A stretch of DNA of 64,000 nucleotides from Bacteroidota bacterium (GTDB lineage Bacteria > Bacteroidota > Bacteroidia > Bacteroidales > GCA-2748055), in NCBI GenBank assembly GCA_049325415.1, contig JBMOLL010000053.1, positions 3,684 through 67,683 of the forward strand, given 5' to 3'. The notes under the pieces are model-generated. The model saw only the letters and a list, made by a program, of their open reading frames with translations. It was not told where the DNA came from and made no database searches. Both the position numbers and the translations under genes were made by a program. The first letter of the stretch is position 1. Each line of letters begins with the position of its first letter. Positions 43,675 to 53,764 of the stretch are shown here, one piece after another.

Positions 43675-44055
43675 ATGGAAATGATGTTCAGAACCGTATT
43701 TGTATCGGATAATCCCTCTGCCTGTCATATCGTGAAGGTCCGGCTTGCCACCCTGCTCATGAAGCTCAGGGCATCCCATCAACGGCGGGCCGCTTATTAC
43801 CTCAGCAGGGAGGAGACGGAACGCTGTGAAGAACAGAGCGACAACGAATCCGGGTTTAATTGTCCGGAGTGCCTGTCAGGCAATGTTTACTTCGGCCATA
43901 CAACGGATTCCGGATGGTGGATCCCCTATCTGCTGTGTTTCATCCTGCTGATGAGCCCCTTTCCCCTGTTCCGGAAAAGATGCCATTGCTTCGGCTGCGG
44001 GACGGATTTTTTAAAAAAAAACAGGGTAAGAAATGCGCGGGAACAGCATCAATAA
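43675..44055 (+). CDS. hypothetical protein with split zinc-ribbon cysteines and a TM segment
   Basis: ATG 43675 within ORF 43501..44055; the start is uncertain. CPEC ... (WWIPYLLCFILLMSPFPLF) ... CHCFGC. It overlaps the next gene's ORF. Confidence 0.4.
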   Translation: MEMMFRTVFVSDNPSACHIVKVRLATLLMKLRASHQRRAAYYLSREETERCEEQSDNESGFNCPECLSGNVYFGHTTDSGWWIPYLLCFILLMSPFPLFRKRCHCFGCGTDFLKKNRVRNAREQHQ

Positions 44056-44098
44056 GCTGAACTTGCCTTATCTTGAACCAACAAATATTCACCGGCAA

Positions 44099-44833
44099 AT
44101 GACATCCACCCCGACTCCACCGGCCGCGGGATCCGCAGGGTTCCCGGTCTATGCCATGCTTGGCAGCAGGCTGATCCTTTTCCTTCTTTTCCAGGTCCTT
44201 ATAGCTCTTTTCCTGAATTCATGGGAAAGCTCGGAGCGTTACTGGCTGCTGTGTGCAACCCTCACCAACCTGGTGAGCATCGGCCTGCTGGTCATCCTGT
44301 TCAGGAGGGAGGGGATCCGCTTTCTCAGCGTGTTTTCCTTTCAGCGGGAGAAGGTGAAGAAGGATCTGCTGCTCTTCGCGGGGATCATCGTCCTTGCCCT
44401 GCCGGTGGTTTTTGCCCCCGGCTACCTTCTCGGCAAGCTGCTCTGGGGGGATGCCGATGTGCCGACTGCGCTGCTGTTCAGACCGGTGGAGAGCTGGCTG
44501 GTTTACATTCTGCTGCTGGCCTTTCCCCTGACGATTGCTTTCGCCGAACTGGCCACTTATTTTGCCTATGTCATGCCCCGGCTGCAGAAGACCCTCCGTG
44601 CGAAATGGCTCGCCGTGCTCCTGCCGGTAATTTTCCTGTCGGTGCAGCACTGCACCCTGCCCTTCATACCCGATCTGCACTTTATTCTGTACCGGGCACT
44701 GGTATTCCTGCCCTTTGCGCTGCTGATCGGGGTCTCGGTTTATTTCCGGCCCTCCCTCTTTGTGTATTTCGCGATCTTCCACGGCGTGCTCGATTTTGGC
44801 ACGGCTATGATGTACCTGGTAAATGGCAGGTAG
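44099..44833 (+). CDS. CPBP (CAAX protease/Abi) family intramembrane protein, putative
   Basis: ATG 44099. About 7 TM helices. Degenerate CPBP-like motifs: AFAELATYFAYVMPRL, SVQH, IFHGVLD. Confidence 0.5.
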   Translation: MTSTPTPPAAGSAGFPVYAMLGSRLILFLLFQVLIALFLNSWESSERYWLLCATLTNLVSIGLLVILFRREGIRFLSVFSFQREKVKKDLLLFAGIIVLALPVVFAPGYLLGKLLWGDADVPTALLFRPVESWLVYILLLAFPLTIAFAELATYFAYVMPRLQKTLRAKWLAVLLPVIFLSVQHCTLPFIPDLHFILYRALVFLPFALLIGVSVYFRPSLFVYFAIFHGVLDFGTAMMYLVNGR

Positions 44834-44876
44834 GTCAGCCAGCGAAATGGGCCGGGTTTACCGATCAACCTTCACT

Positions 44877-45359
44877 TCAGGTTTTTGCCTTCACCTTTTT
44901 CAGCTGTCTGGAGAACAGTACCAGCAGGGCGACAAACAACAGTCCGGAGATCAGGAGCATCCCGGTATTGCGCGGTGAAAGGCCGGTCACAAGAACGGCC
45001 GAGGTGGGGTTTTCCGGGCTATAGTACACCGTGACCTTCTTATCCACCGGGTAGCCGGCCAGCACCTCTTCGGCCCATTCCCGGGTCCCGTAGCCGAGAG
45101 AGGCACGGTACCGGCTGGAGGAATACAGGGCATCGCCCACCCGGAAGGAATAGCTGATCAGGGGTTTGTACTTATCGGTGCCCTTTGTGCTGTTGAGTAT
45201 TTTAATTTCCGACCTCACGATGGTCCCCTCCGCCGTTGGCCAGGTTTTCGTTTCATAGGCTTTCAGGGAAGTCACCAGGCTGAAGGTAAACCAGCCCAGG
45301 AGAAGGATCAGGAAGATGATAAAACCGATCAGGGATTGTTTCTTTTCTTTTGCGGCCAT
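44877..45359 (-). CDS. DUF3592 domain-containing membrane protein
   Basis: 160 aa. A TM helix is followed by WPTAEGTIVRSEI...YKPLISYSFRVGDALYSSSRY...VTVYYSPENPTSAVL and then a second TM helix. This is the classic DUF3592 layout. Confidence 0.7.
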   Translation of the reverse strand: MAAKEKKQSLIGFIIFLILLLGWFTFSLVTSLKAYETKTWPTAEGTIVRSEIKILNSTKGTDKYKPLISYSFRVGDALYSSSRYRASLGYGTREWAEEVLAGYPVDKKVTVYYSPENPTSAVLVTGLSPRNTGMLLISGLLFVALLVLFSRQLKKVKAKT

Positions 45360-45480
45360 GGTAGTTTTTTTGTAAAAGTAAATTACTTCCCGCTCTTTTC
45401 AAAAATGGTAAAAGCCAGTGCCAGTCCCGGCACGATGAGCTTAACATAAGAAAAATGCTGTTTCACCTGTCCGTCATAGA

Positions 45481-46356
45481 TCAATCGTAATACTCCAGTT
45501 CCCGGGTGTATACAGCCTCTGCAGTTCCGTCGGTGAATTCATACTTAATGGTCCAGTTATTGTTCCCGTCAAAATCCCCGTACACATAAGTCTTGTACAC
45601 ATAGGTCTCCTCCATCCCGCTGAAGGAGTTGGTGATCCCGCAGCTGCTCACATTTCCCCCGCTATCATAGGTGTATACATAACCGGTCACCCAGTCTCCC
45701 TGTTCATTATGTATTTCCATATCCATTGTAACCAGTTGTTCGTTCCTGAATTTTCTCTTATAGTAGAACGTCATGGTACCGGTACTGTCATAGGTAGATT
45801 CTGTTTCGATCCTGTACCCGCCGCTTTTTTCGTATTCATACACCACCCGGTTAAGCAGGGTCTCGTCCGAGGAATATTTAAGTATCTCCGATAGCTGGTT
45901 ATCCTTGTTATAAATATAGTCACTGTGTTGAAGGAGAAACATATCCGGGTCAAGGGTGTTAACTTCGGTCAGTATACCCTCGGTATAGGTATACTGATTG
46001 GAATAATTGAGCGAACCATCAGACATGTAACTATTTTCAATGATCAGATGATTTTCCTCATCATATTCCATAGTAGCCGACCAGGTAATATTGTCTTTCC
46101 GGTCGTAGGATATAATTTCAGTGGAGAAGCCCCCGGTATTGTAGGAAGTAAGCCTGTTCATCCGGGAAGTCGGGTCGCCTGTGCTGATCTGTCCATTATC
46201 ATCTATTGGGTAGAACGACCTTACCCTGACAGACATGACTTTGCCGAAAAGATTGCTATCCGTCAGGTCGCTTTCAATTTCCGTCAAAGAACATCCTCCG
46301 GTTAAAAGAAGGAAACCGAGGAGCACCATGAAGCTTCGATAGTTTGTTGTTTTCAT
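45481..46356 (-). CDS. hypothetical lipoprotein
   Basis: Lipobox LLLTGGCSL. The start is ATG 46356 or 46368. Tyr/Asp/Thr-rich beta-type repeats, e.g. YTYDSGGNV and YEYEKSGGY. Confidence 0.55.
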   Translation of the reverse strand: MKTTNYRSFMVLLGFLLLTGGCSLTEIESDLTDSNLFGKVMSVRVRSFYPIDDNGQISTGDPTSRMNRLTSYNTGGFSTEIISYDRKDNITWSATMEYDEENHLIIENSYMSDGSLNYSNQYTYTEGILTEVNTLDPDMFLLQHSDYIYNKDNQLSEILKYSSDETLLNRVVYEYEKSGGYRIETESTYDSTGTMTFYYKRKFRNEQLVTMDMEIHNEQGDWVTGYVYTYDSGGNVSSCGITNSFSGMEETYVYKTYVYGDFDGNNNWTIKYEFTDGTAEAVYTRELEYYD

Positions 46357-46487
46357 TGCGAAAAGCATTTAATTAACAATCAACAAATTACGTAATTATT
46401 TCTTGCCATGAAATGAAATTCCGGTAATCAGGTTGCTGAAGCCGGTGTTTGAAAGCATAATCAAACTGCAACCGGCGATCCCTGAAC

Positions 46488-47312
46488 CTATTCCAGGTTT
46501 TTGATGATTTCCGCATACCTGGCTGTTGCCAGATCGCTGGCTTCCATTTTCCTGCAAAATGAAAACGCCTCCAACTGCCGGTTGGGATTTTCCACGATGA
46601 TCCGTCCCTCTTTCATCCTGGATCTCAGAAGATCCAGAGCCTCCAGGAAACGACGGTCGGAACGGGCGGTTTCATAAAACGACAGGGTGTAAACATAGTA
46701 AAACAGGTTATACCGGAAGAAGGGGAATTCCACCTTCATGAAGAGGCTGCCCATCCCGTAATGACAGGGTCCCAGGGGGATACGGGTGTCCCAGTGGGCC
46801 AGCAGGAATTCCACGGCCGGGCGGAGGCGGGGCTCACTGTGAAGCAAGGGCGTATAGCGAAAGGCATCGAGCGCTTCCAGGGTAGTGCCGGGGTTGGAGA
46901 ATACGGTTTCCGGGCCCCGGCCGAATTTGTAGGTAGAGCACTTCCAGCCCCCATCGTCGTGCTGAATATCGAGCAGGTGCTGAAAGGTCCTTTTCAGCCG
47001 GTCATCATCGGCATAACCCAGCCGGCACAGCACACGGGCTGCCCCGGCGGTATGACAGGGGTAGATGGCCCCGCCGGGTGAGAGCCTGAACCGTCCGTCG
47101 TCACGCCAGGTGCCCAGGATCAGTCCGGCGGTTTCTTTCATGAGGGCCGTGCCGGTCTGTCCCAGTTCGGTCAGGATCATGGCACTGCCGAGGGTGGAGA
47201 AAACGCCGCCTTTGACGAGCCTTTTGTCGGGGGTGGTCCACAGATCGGCCCCCTGGTCGAAACGATGGTCCAGGACCTTTTGAATATCGGAAGCGTAGCT
47301 GTTGTCGGTCAT
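46488..47312 (-). CDS. prenyltransferase/terpene-cyclase-like alpha-alpha toroid repeat protein (backbone paralogue)
   Basis: 274 aa. Contains DIQHDDGGWKC and WRDDGRF repeats. It is colinear with the island gene 32521-33333. Confidence 0.65.
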   Translation of the reverse strand: MTDNSYASDIQKVLDHRFDQGADLWTTPDKRLVKGGVFSTLGSAMILTELGQTGTALMKETAGLILGTWRDDGRFRLSPGGAIYPCHTAGAARVLCRLGYADDDRLKRTFQHLLDIQHDDGGWKCSTYKFGRGPETVFSNPGTTLEALDAFRYTPLLHSEPRLRPAVEFLLAHWDTRIPLGPCHYGMGSLFMKVEFPFFRYNLFYYVYTLSFYETARSDRRFLEALDLLRSRMKEGRIIVENPNRQLEAFSFCRKMEASDLATARYAEIIKNLE

Positions 47313-47375
47313 TATTCAGGGTTTATCGAAAAAAAAACGAAAAACTGTCCGCCGGCAGAAAACGGAAGATCTTTA

Positions 47376-48803
47376 CTACAGGAACGGCTTCCACACCTGC
47401 GCAAAGAAGGGGTTGTGCCGGGCCTCTTCGTCGTAGTTCCAGGGGGCAGGCAGACAGTCGGGGCACCAGTGTCCGGCAAGCAGGATCAGTGCCGGTGTCG
47501 CCTCAAACTCATGTCCGAAGGCACAGCGCCAGCGCAGCCGGGTATACAGGTCGCCCCGCCCCATCTCCGCCGAAAGGCATTCCCCGCCCCGGAAAGCCGC
47601 CGCCTGCCTGACATCGCCGAGCTCCAGCTCTCCCTCCGGCTTGTTTTCATCATAGCCGTGGTCGAGCCTCAGCGGAACGCGGGAAGGTTCGGGAAGGGAA
47701 TAGTTTTTCCAGGAGGGGATACGCTTCCATTGTTCCGGCGATCCGAAATAGGCGGCAATCTTTTCTGTCTCTTTGTGCCGGATCCAGTGCAGGGTCCCGC
47801 CCTTTCCCCTGGCAATGGGCCCCAGGTAGAAATGCCGGATCAGGAAGGGGGGCAGTCTCCTTACCAGGCGGGTCCAGGAAGGTGCTTTAGCCGTCATCTC
47901 CCCGATAAAATTTTCGAAAGTGCCGCTCCGGAAATGCAGGTACTCCTCGAGGATATCCGAATCCTCGTACCACTGCCCGTGAAAATTATGGGTGGCAAAC
48001 CAGTTCAGCTCCGTCACCTTTTTCGCATCCCGGATCCCGAAGGCCCCGAAGCTTTTCTGCATGAACTCGTAATTGGTGACCCGGTACTTCTCCCCTCCCC
48101 CGATATTATAAAACCTCCGCCAGAACCGTTCCGGCAGCTGTTCGGTGCAAACTTTTGCCAGCAGGGTTCCGGAATCGCGCGCCGTGACCCATTCGAACAC
48201 ACCCTCCACCGGGACATGGTACATGATCGGATCGCGACCCGCCAGGATCTCCGGGTACAGGATCCCGGTCTGGCGCAGCGACACCCAGTAGCGCAGTCCC
48301 GACTCCGCCACCTCCCTCTCGGCGATGGTCTTGGTAAGGGCATAGTTATCGTAATAGCTGATCTTGATCGGGTCGCCCGTCCGGCCCCAGTGCACCGGCG
48401 GGTTGCGGTGGCCCGTTTCCGCCACGGTGCCGATATACACCAGCCTCACCTCGTCGCGGTCGGGCCGTGCTTTAATGGCCTGCAGGATATTCCGGATGGC
48501 GCCGAGGTTGACCCGGGTCGTCAGCTCGGGATAGTGATCGGCATAGGGCGACACCATGCCGCCCACATGCAGGACAAAGTCGGCATGCTCCACGCAGCGC
48601 CTGACATCGTCGTAGCTGGTCAGATCACCCCACACGATCGTCACGCCGGGCTCATTCTCATAGGGCGACATAATTGCCCGATCCCTCTTCGTGGGCAGCA
48701 CGAGCACAATAATATCGAACAGGTCGCGCCGTTCCAGCAATTGCAGGAAACCCTCATGCCCCATTTTTCCGGAGGCACCGGTAAGAAAAACTTTCTTTTT
48801 CAC
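47376..48803 (-). CDS. NAD(P)-dependent epimerase/dehydratase-family oxidoreductase with extra C-terminal domain
   Basis: 475 aa. The N-terminal Rossmann motif is KVFLTGASGKMG. The C-terminal ~150 aa contain a Cys/His cluster (RWRCAFGHEF...HWCPDC). Confidence 0.7.
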   Translation of the reverse strand: MKKKVFLTGASGKMGHEGFLQLLERRDLFDIIVLVLPTKRDRAIMSPYENEPGVTIVWGDLTSYDDVRRCVEHADFVLHVGGMVSPYADHYPELTTRVNLGAIRNILQAIKARPDRDEVRLVYIGTVAETGHRNPPVHWGRTGDPIKISYYDNYALTKTIAEREVAESGLRYWVSLRQTGILYPEILAGRDPIMYHVPVEGVFEWVTARDSGTLLAKVCTEQLPERFWRRFYNIGGGEKYRVTNYEFMQKSFGAFGIRDAKKVTELNWFATHNFHGQWYEDSDILEEYLHFRSGTFENFIGEMTAKAPSWTRLVRRLPPFLIRHFYLGPIARGKGGTLHWIRHKETEKIAAYFGSPEQWKRIPSWKNYSLPEPSRVPLRLDHGYDENKPEGELELGDVRQAAAFRGGECLSAEMGRGDLYTRLRWRCAFGHEFEATPALILLAGHWCPDCLPAPWNYDEEARHNPFFAQVWKPFL

Positions 48804-48904
48804 CCTGTGGGACTGATTTACCTTTTTTTCCGGCCATTCCGGTTAAGAACAGGAAAGTTACGGTGGGAAAAGGGAAAAAGCAAGGGGGGCAGAGCCCGTC
48901 GGAA

Positions 48905-49111
48905 CGATCATCTCAACCTCCAGCATTATTGACAGTCAGATGGAGGAACAAACATCCCTCCCACCCCTTGCTCCGCCGTAGCTTCGCGAAGGCGAGGCGG
49001 GGGAGGGACTGGAGGGCGGGGGCTGACAGGGGATGGAAAATAATAAAGTACAAAAGCAAAGAATTCACGTTAATTCCTCACCCCCAACTCCTCTCCACAT
49101 GGAGAGGGGCG
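48905..49111. repeat. dispersed repeat R1 (copy b, inverted relative to 57623-57828)
   Basis: CAGCATTATTGACAGTCAGATGGAGGAACAAACATCCCTCCCACCCCTTGCTCCGCCGTAGCTTCGCGAAGGCGAGGCGGGGGAGGGACTGGAGGGCGGGGGCTGAC ... CCTCACCCCCAACTCCTCTCCACATGGAGAGGGGCG. Confidence 0.85.
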
Positions 49112-49228
49112 TGTGAAAAGGCATACTCCACCAAAAATTTCTCCCCCAGATATTATTTCATCCAAATTATCGTTACTACTACGACCGTAGTTTTTATCTT
49201 TGCCGGGCGCTTTGAGCCGGACTTATTT

Positions 49229-50677
49229 ATGAAGAACAGCCCTTACCTGGTTTATTTTGTTGTTGCAGCATTTATCCTGCTTCTCTTCCAGTGCCGCCCG
49301 GAAAGGGCTTATGTGGAAGAGCAGGATGCAAGGCTCGAGTTTACCGTGGATACCGTCTATTTCGATACGGTACTGACGACCTTCGGGACCGTGACACGTT
49401 CGTTCCGGGTAAAGAATCCCTATAACCGCTTTGTAAAGATCAGCGAGATCCGTCTTGCCGGCGGGAGCTCATCCCTGTTCCGGATCAATATCGACGGACT
49501 GAACGGCCCGGTGCAGGAAAACCTGGAACTGGCCCCGCACGACAGCATGTACGTGTTCGTGGAAGCCACACCGGCCGAGAACGGTGTGCCGGGATTCCTC
49601 CGGATCCAGGATTCCATCGTGTTTGTCACCAACGGCAACACCCAGGATGTCGACCTCGTAGCCTGGGGACAGGATGTGCATATCCTCCGCGACAGTGTGC
49701 TGGATTACAATGCCGTATGGACGGCCGACAAGCCCTACCTCATCATCGACGGGATCCTGGTCGATACGCTGAACACCCTGCGCATGGAACCCGGCGTGCA
49801 GGTCTATCTCCACCGGAACGCCAGCATTTACGTCCTGGGCACGCTCGAAATAGCCGGTACGACCGAGGCTCCCGTCGAGTTCCGCGGCGACCGCTTCGAA
49901 GCTATGTACGATAACCTCCCGGGACAATGGGGAGTGATCTATTTTATCACCGGGAGCCGTGCCAACCGGATCGATAATGCCCGTATCCTCAACGGCACCG
50001 TGGGGCTCTGGGCCGATTCACTGGTGAGTACCACCGAACCGGTGCTGACCATCTCCAACACCTTCATCAACCAGATGAGCTACGACGGTCTGCTGGCGAG
50101 GGGAACCTCGGTGAAGGCCTGGAACCTGGCCATCGGCGACTGCGGCAATGCCTGTGCCGAGCTGCTTTATTCCGGATCCTACGAATTTGATCATTGCACC
50201 TTCGGCAACTACTGGCGCTCGGGCTTTGCACTGCGGCAGTTCCCGGCCCTGTATATCGCCAACTATTACGGCTATTACGATACGATCTCCGAAGATGTGG
50301 TGGTGATCAGGTACGAAGTACGTGATATTGAAAAAGCCGAGTTCCGCAATTCCATCATCTACGGGGAGAACCTGAATGAACTGGTGGTCGACCGCCATCC
50401 CGACGGGCAGCTAAACTACCTGTTCGATCACTGCCTGACCCGGATCGACCGTTCGAAGTTCGATTATACCCTCGACCCGGACTTTAAGTTCATCATTAAC
50501 AGCTACGATCCGAAATTCGACTCGGTCCATGTCAGCCTGGAGCTCGACAGCCTCTCGCCGGCCATCGACCAGGGACTGCTCGACTATGCCATCACCCATC
50601 CCTTCGACCTGAACGGCAATTCGCGGGTGTCCGACGGCAAGCCCGACCTGGGCGCCTTTGAAAGAAACGACCTTTAG
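49229..50677 (+). CDS. hypothetical exported protein
   Basis: ATG 49229 within ORF 48863..50677 (MKNSPYLVYFVVAAFILLLFQC). The upstream part of the ORF runs through repeat R1 and is not credible coding sequence. Confidence 0.6.
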   Translation: MKNSPYLVYFVVAAFILLLFQCRPERAYVEEQDARLEFTVDTVYFDTVLTTFGTVTRSFRVKNPYNRFVKISEIRLAGGSSSLFRINIDGLNGPVQENLELAPHDSMYVFVEATPAENGVPGFLRIQDSIVFVTNGNTQDVDLVAWGQDVHILRDSVLDYNAVWTADKPYLIIDGILVDTLNTLRMEPGVQVYLHRNASIYVLGTLEIAGTTEAPVEFRGDRFEAMYDNLPGQWGVIYFITGSRANRIDNARILNGTVGLWADSLVSTTEPVLTISNTFINQMSYDGLLARGTSVKAWNLAIGDCGNACAELLYSGSYEFDHCTFGNYWRSGFALRQFPALYIANYYGYYDTISEDVVVIRYEVRDIEKAEFRNSIIYGENLNELVVDRHPDGQLNYLFDHCLTRIDRSKFDYTLDPDFKFIINSYDPKFDSVHVSLELDSLSPAIDQGLLDYAITHPFDLNGNSRVSDGKPDLGAFERNDL

Positions 50678-50724
50678 CGGGCGATTTTTTCCCTTCCTGT
50701 CACATTAACAGGAAAAGGCCCAAC

Positions 50725-51735
50725 ATGAAAACCGACCTGTTCCCGTTTTTATTCCTGTCCCTGTTATTCACGCTTTTTGCCGGGGCGGTGCCGGCGCAGC
50801 TTACCGGACAAAAACCGGTGCTGACTGTGCTTTTTTATAACGCGGAGAATTATTTCCATCCCTCCGATGACACCCTGACTGCCGATGACGAGTTCACTCC
50901 CGGCGGGGAGCGGCACTGGACCTTTGCCCGTTACCATGCCAAACGCAGTGCGCTGGCGAAGATTATTTATGCCGCCGGTTCCGGCGGTCCGCCCGATATC
51001 ACCGGTCTGTGCGAAGTGGAGAACCGGCAGGTGCTCGAAGACCTGATCCGGCATCCGCTGCTGCTTCCCGCCGGGCTCAGGATCCTTCACCACGACAGTC
51101 CCGATCCGAGGGGGATCGATATCGGTGTGCTGTACCGTCCCGACCGGGTGAAGGTGCTTGCCTGGGAGCACAGGCCGGTTGTTTACGGGGGATCCGTGCT
51201 CCGCACCCGCGAGATCGTCCGGCTGACGGTCCGGATCCCGACCGGCGATACTGCCGAGATCTTCTTTAACCACTGGACCTCACGTTACGGCGGAATGGCG
51301 GTCACGGATGAAAAAAGGATGGCCATTGTCCGCCAGCTCGCAGCGTGGATCGATTCGCTTGAAACGCAGTCGCCGGGCCATCTGATCATTGCCGGCGGCG
51401 ATCTGAACGATGGAAGTGATTCGGGCCCGGTGAACGAACTGCTTTCGTGCGGGCGGGGTGTGGAGCGGCCGGCGCGCTTGCAGGAACAGTGGCCCGGAGG
51501 TGCAGAGGGCAGCTATAAATACCAGGGGAGGTGGGAACTGATCGATCATGTCTTTACCGGCGGGAACACACAGGGCTACCGCTTCGCGGCAAGTCTTTTC
51601 TGCCTGCCCGTGATGCTGGTGCCGGATGAGAAGTTCAACGGGGAAAAGCCATTCCGGACCTATACCGGTTTTGAATATTCCGGGGGATTCAGTGATCACC
51701 TCCCGCTGCGACTCAGTGTTTACCGGGCAGATTGA
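50725..51735 (+). CDS. endonuclease/exonuclease/phosphatase (EEP) family protein
   Basis: 336 aa with a signal peptide. EEP blocks: FYNAENYF, GLCEVEN, NHWTSR, IAGGDLND, IDHVF, SDHLPL. Confidence 0.8.
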   Translation: MKTDLFPFLFLSLLFTLFAGAVPAQLTGQKPVLTVLFYNAENYFHPSDDTLTADDEFTPGGERHWTFARYHAKRSALAKIIYAAGSGGPPDITGLCEVENRQVLEDLIRHPLLLPAGLRILHHDSPDPRGIDIGVLYRPDRVKVLAWEHRPVVYGGSVLRTREIVRLTVRIPTGDTAEIFFNHWTSRYGGMAVTDEKRMAIVRQLAAWIDSLETQSPGHLIIAGGDLNDGSDSGPVNELLSCGRGVERPARLQEQWPGGAEGSYKYQGRWELIDHVFTGGNTQGYRFAASLFCLPVMLVPDEKFNGEKPFRTYTGFEYSGGFSDHLPLRLSVYRAD

Positions 51736-53167
51736 CCGGTTTCAGGCCCAGTTCGGCCGCTTTCTGCAGTGTAAGATCGAGCGCGGCATCGTAGTCGTTG
51801 GGGATGATCCCGTCGAGGATGGCATCCTTGATGGCGGTCTTGATGATCCCGATCTCGCGGCAGGGCGGGATGCCAAAGATATGCTGGATATCGTCGCCGG
51901 TTACCGGTGGCTGGAAATTACGGATATGATCGCGTTCCTCCAGTTCCCTGAGTTTTTCCCTGACCAGGGCAAAATTATCAAGGTGTTTCCTGACGGTCTT
52001 TTCATTCTTCGAGGTGATGTCGGCCTCGCAGAGGGTCATCAGTTCGTCGAGTTCATCGCCGGCATCGAAAAGCAGGCGGCGAATGGCGGAGTCGGTCACC
52101 ACATCCTGCGAAAGCACGATCGGCCGCAGATGAAGAAGCACCATTTTCTGAACGTATTTCATCGGGTCGCCCAGGGGCAGCTTCATCCTTTTAAACAGAC
52201 CGGGGATCATTTTTGCCCCGATAAACTCATGGGCGTGAAAGGTCCATCCATTGCCCGGCTCGAAACGCCGGGTGACGGGTTTGGCCACATCGTGCAGGAG
52301 AGCGGACCAGCGCAGCCAGAGATTATCTGAGTTTTTACAGACATTGTCGAGCACCTCGATCGTATGCAGGAAATTGTCCTTGTGGGCGATGCCGTCTTTT
52401 TTCTCGATCCCTTTCATGGCATGAAGCTCGGGAAGGATCAGTTCCAGAAGCCCCGTTTTGTCGAGCAGGAGGAAACCTTCCGAGGGCCTGGGGGTCATGA
52501 TGATCTTGTTCAGTTCATCGGTGATCCGTTCCTGCGACACGATCCGGATCCTGTCCCGCTTCTCCTTCATGCCTTTCTGGGTTTCGGGGGATAGGGTAAA
52601 GCCCAGGCGGGTGGCAAAGCGGATCCCCCGAAGCATCCGCAGGGGATCGTCGGAAAAGGTCAGGTGCGGATCGAGCGGGGTGCGGATGATCCCCTTCTCC
52701 AGGTCCGACAGCCCGTTAAAGGGATCGGAAAGCCTGGCAAAGCGATCGGGATGGAGCGAGAGCGCCAGAGCGTTGATGGTGAAATCGCGCCGTCGCTGGT
52801 CATCTTCCAGACTGCCGTTCTCCACGGCGGGTTTGCGCGAATCGGCACGGTACGACTCTTTCCGGGCCCCGACAAACTCGACATCCAGTTCGCCGCAACG
52901 CAGCATGGCCGTCCCGTAATTCTTGAAGACACTCAGGGGAGCCTTTCCTCCCAGGCGTTTCTGGACTTTCTTAGCCAGTTCGATGCCGCTGCCCGTGGTA
53001 ACGATATCGATATCCTTTGCCAGGGAAGGGTCGTTTCCCAGCAGCAGATCGCGCACATAACCGCCGATCACGGCGATCTCCCGGTCCTCTTCGCCCGCGA
53101 TATCACGCAGTATGCCGAAAACACGGTGAGTCAGGAAAGCATCGTATGGTCCGTTTCGAAGTATCAC
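51713..53167 (-). CDS. CCA-adding tRNA nucleotidyltransferase / poly(A) polymerase family protein with HD domain
   Basis: 484 aa. Motifs: GGYVRDLLLG...DIDIV, RRDFTINAL, and HD motif LLHDVAKP. Confidence 0.85.
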   Translation of the reverse strand: MILRNGPYDAFLTHRVFGILRDIAGEEDREIAVIGGYVRDLLLGNDPSLAKDIDIVTTGSGIELAKKVQKRLGGKAPLSVFKNYGTAMLRCGELDVEFVGARKESYRADSRKPAVENGSLEDDQRRRDFTINALALSLHPDRFARLSDPFNGLSDLEKGIIRTPLDPHLTFSDDPLRMLRGIRFATRLGFTLSPETQKGMKEKRDRIRIVSQERITDELNKIIMTPRPSEGFLLLDKTGLLELILPELHAMKGIEKKDGIAHKDNFLHTIEVLDNVCKNSDNLWLRWSALLHDVAKPVTRRFEPGNGWTFHAHEFIGAKMIPGLFKRMKLPLGDPMKYVQKMVLLHLRPIVLSQDVVTDSAIRRLLFDAGDELDELMTLCEADITSKNEKTVRKHLDNFALVREKLRELEERDHIRNFQPPVTGDDIQHIFGIPPCREIGIIKTAIKDAILDGIIPNDYDAALDLTLQKAAELGLKPVNLPGKH

Positions 53168-53446
53168 GCTGCAAAAATAAATATTCCCTGCGATAATGGA
53201 AAAGCAAGTTCCGGGGAATGTTGGGCGCTAGCTACCATTGTTGTCTTAAAACGGAAGAAATAAATGAGAAAAGTTAAAGTTAGTCATGGTCAACTGGCCC
53301 GGCTTATCCACAATAATTACTTGCAGGATGGATTTTTTCTCTTCTTCGGGCGGTTGGTCCAATTGTTTGAACTTTAATATTAGTTCGGCAATCTGAAACT
53401 GAGTAATTTGCTATAACTGTATCTCACTTTTCCCTATCTTAGTATA

Positions 53447-53764
53447 ATGAATTCAAAAACAAGGCATATTGCTCTGTTAATCAGGAAGCAAGTCACCTCC
53501 GTTGATCCTGCTGCTGAAATAATTTTGTACGGATCACGCGCGCACGGAGATGCCCGTAAGGATTCCGACTGGGATATACTTGTATTAACAGAAGATAAGC
53601 CCGATGTTGAGATGGAGCGGAAATTCAGGAACAGGCTTTATGATCTTGAGTTGGAAACAGGGGAGTCTTTTTCTGTTTTTGCCTATTCGAAGAGCGACTG
53701 GGAAAGCATTCAAAGGGTCACCCCATTTTTTCATAATGTTACCCGGGAAGGCATACTGTTATGA
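53447..53764 (+). CDS. minimal nucleotidyltransferase (MNT), HEPN-MNT antitoxin type
   Basis: 105 aa. GSRAHGDARKDSDWDILVL is the GSxxxGxxxxxSDxD nucleotidyltransferase motif. Its stop overlaps the HEPN start (ATGA). Confidence 0.8.
   Translation: MNSKTRHIALLIRKQVTSVDPAAEIILYGSRAHGDARKDSDWDILVLTEDKPDVEMERKFRNRLYDLELETGESFSVFAYSKSDWESIQRVTPFFHNVTREGILL

Noticed and set aside
47265-48932. 555-aa plus-strand ORF antisense to the epimerase-family gene and running into repeat R1
   Set aside because: The translation is Pro/Arg/Gly-rich and featureless. The opposite strand encodes a protein with a clear Rossmann motif (LTGASGKMG). The 3' end crosses a non-coding dispersed repeat. The same reasoning applies to 302..1285(-), 15689..16414(+), 44219..44782(-) and 44221..45024(+).
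53168-53446. Minus-strand reading frame ...QITQFQIAELILKFKQLDQPPEEEKKSILQVIIVDKPGQLTMTNFNF... upstream of the MNT gene as a small antitoxin-like gene
   Set aside because: The frame is preceded by an in-frame TAG. It has no ATG, GTG or TTG start before the last 13 codons, so it is not a functional ORF as it stands. It may be a remnant.
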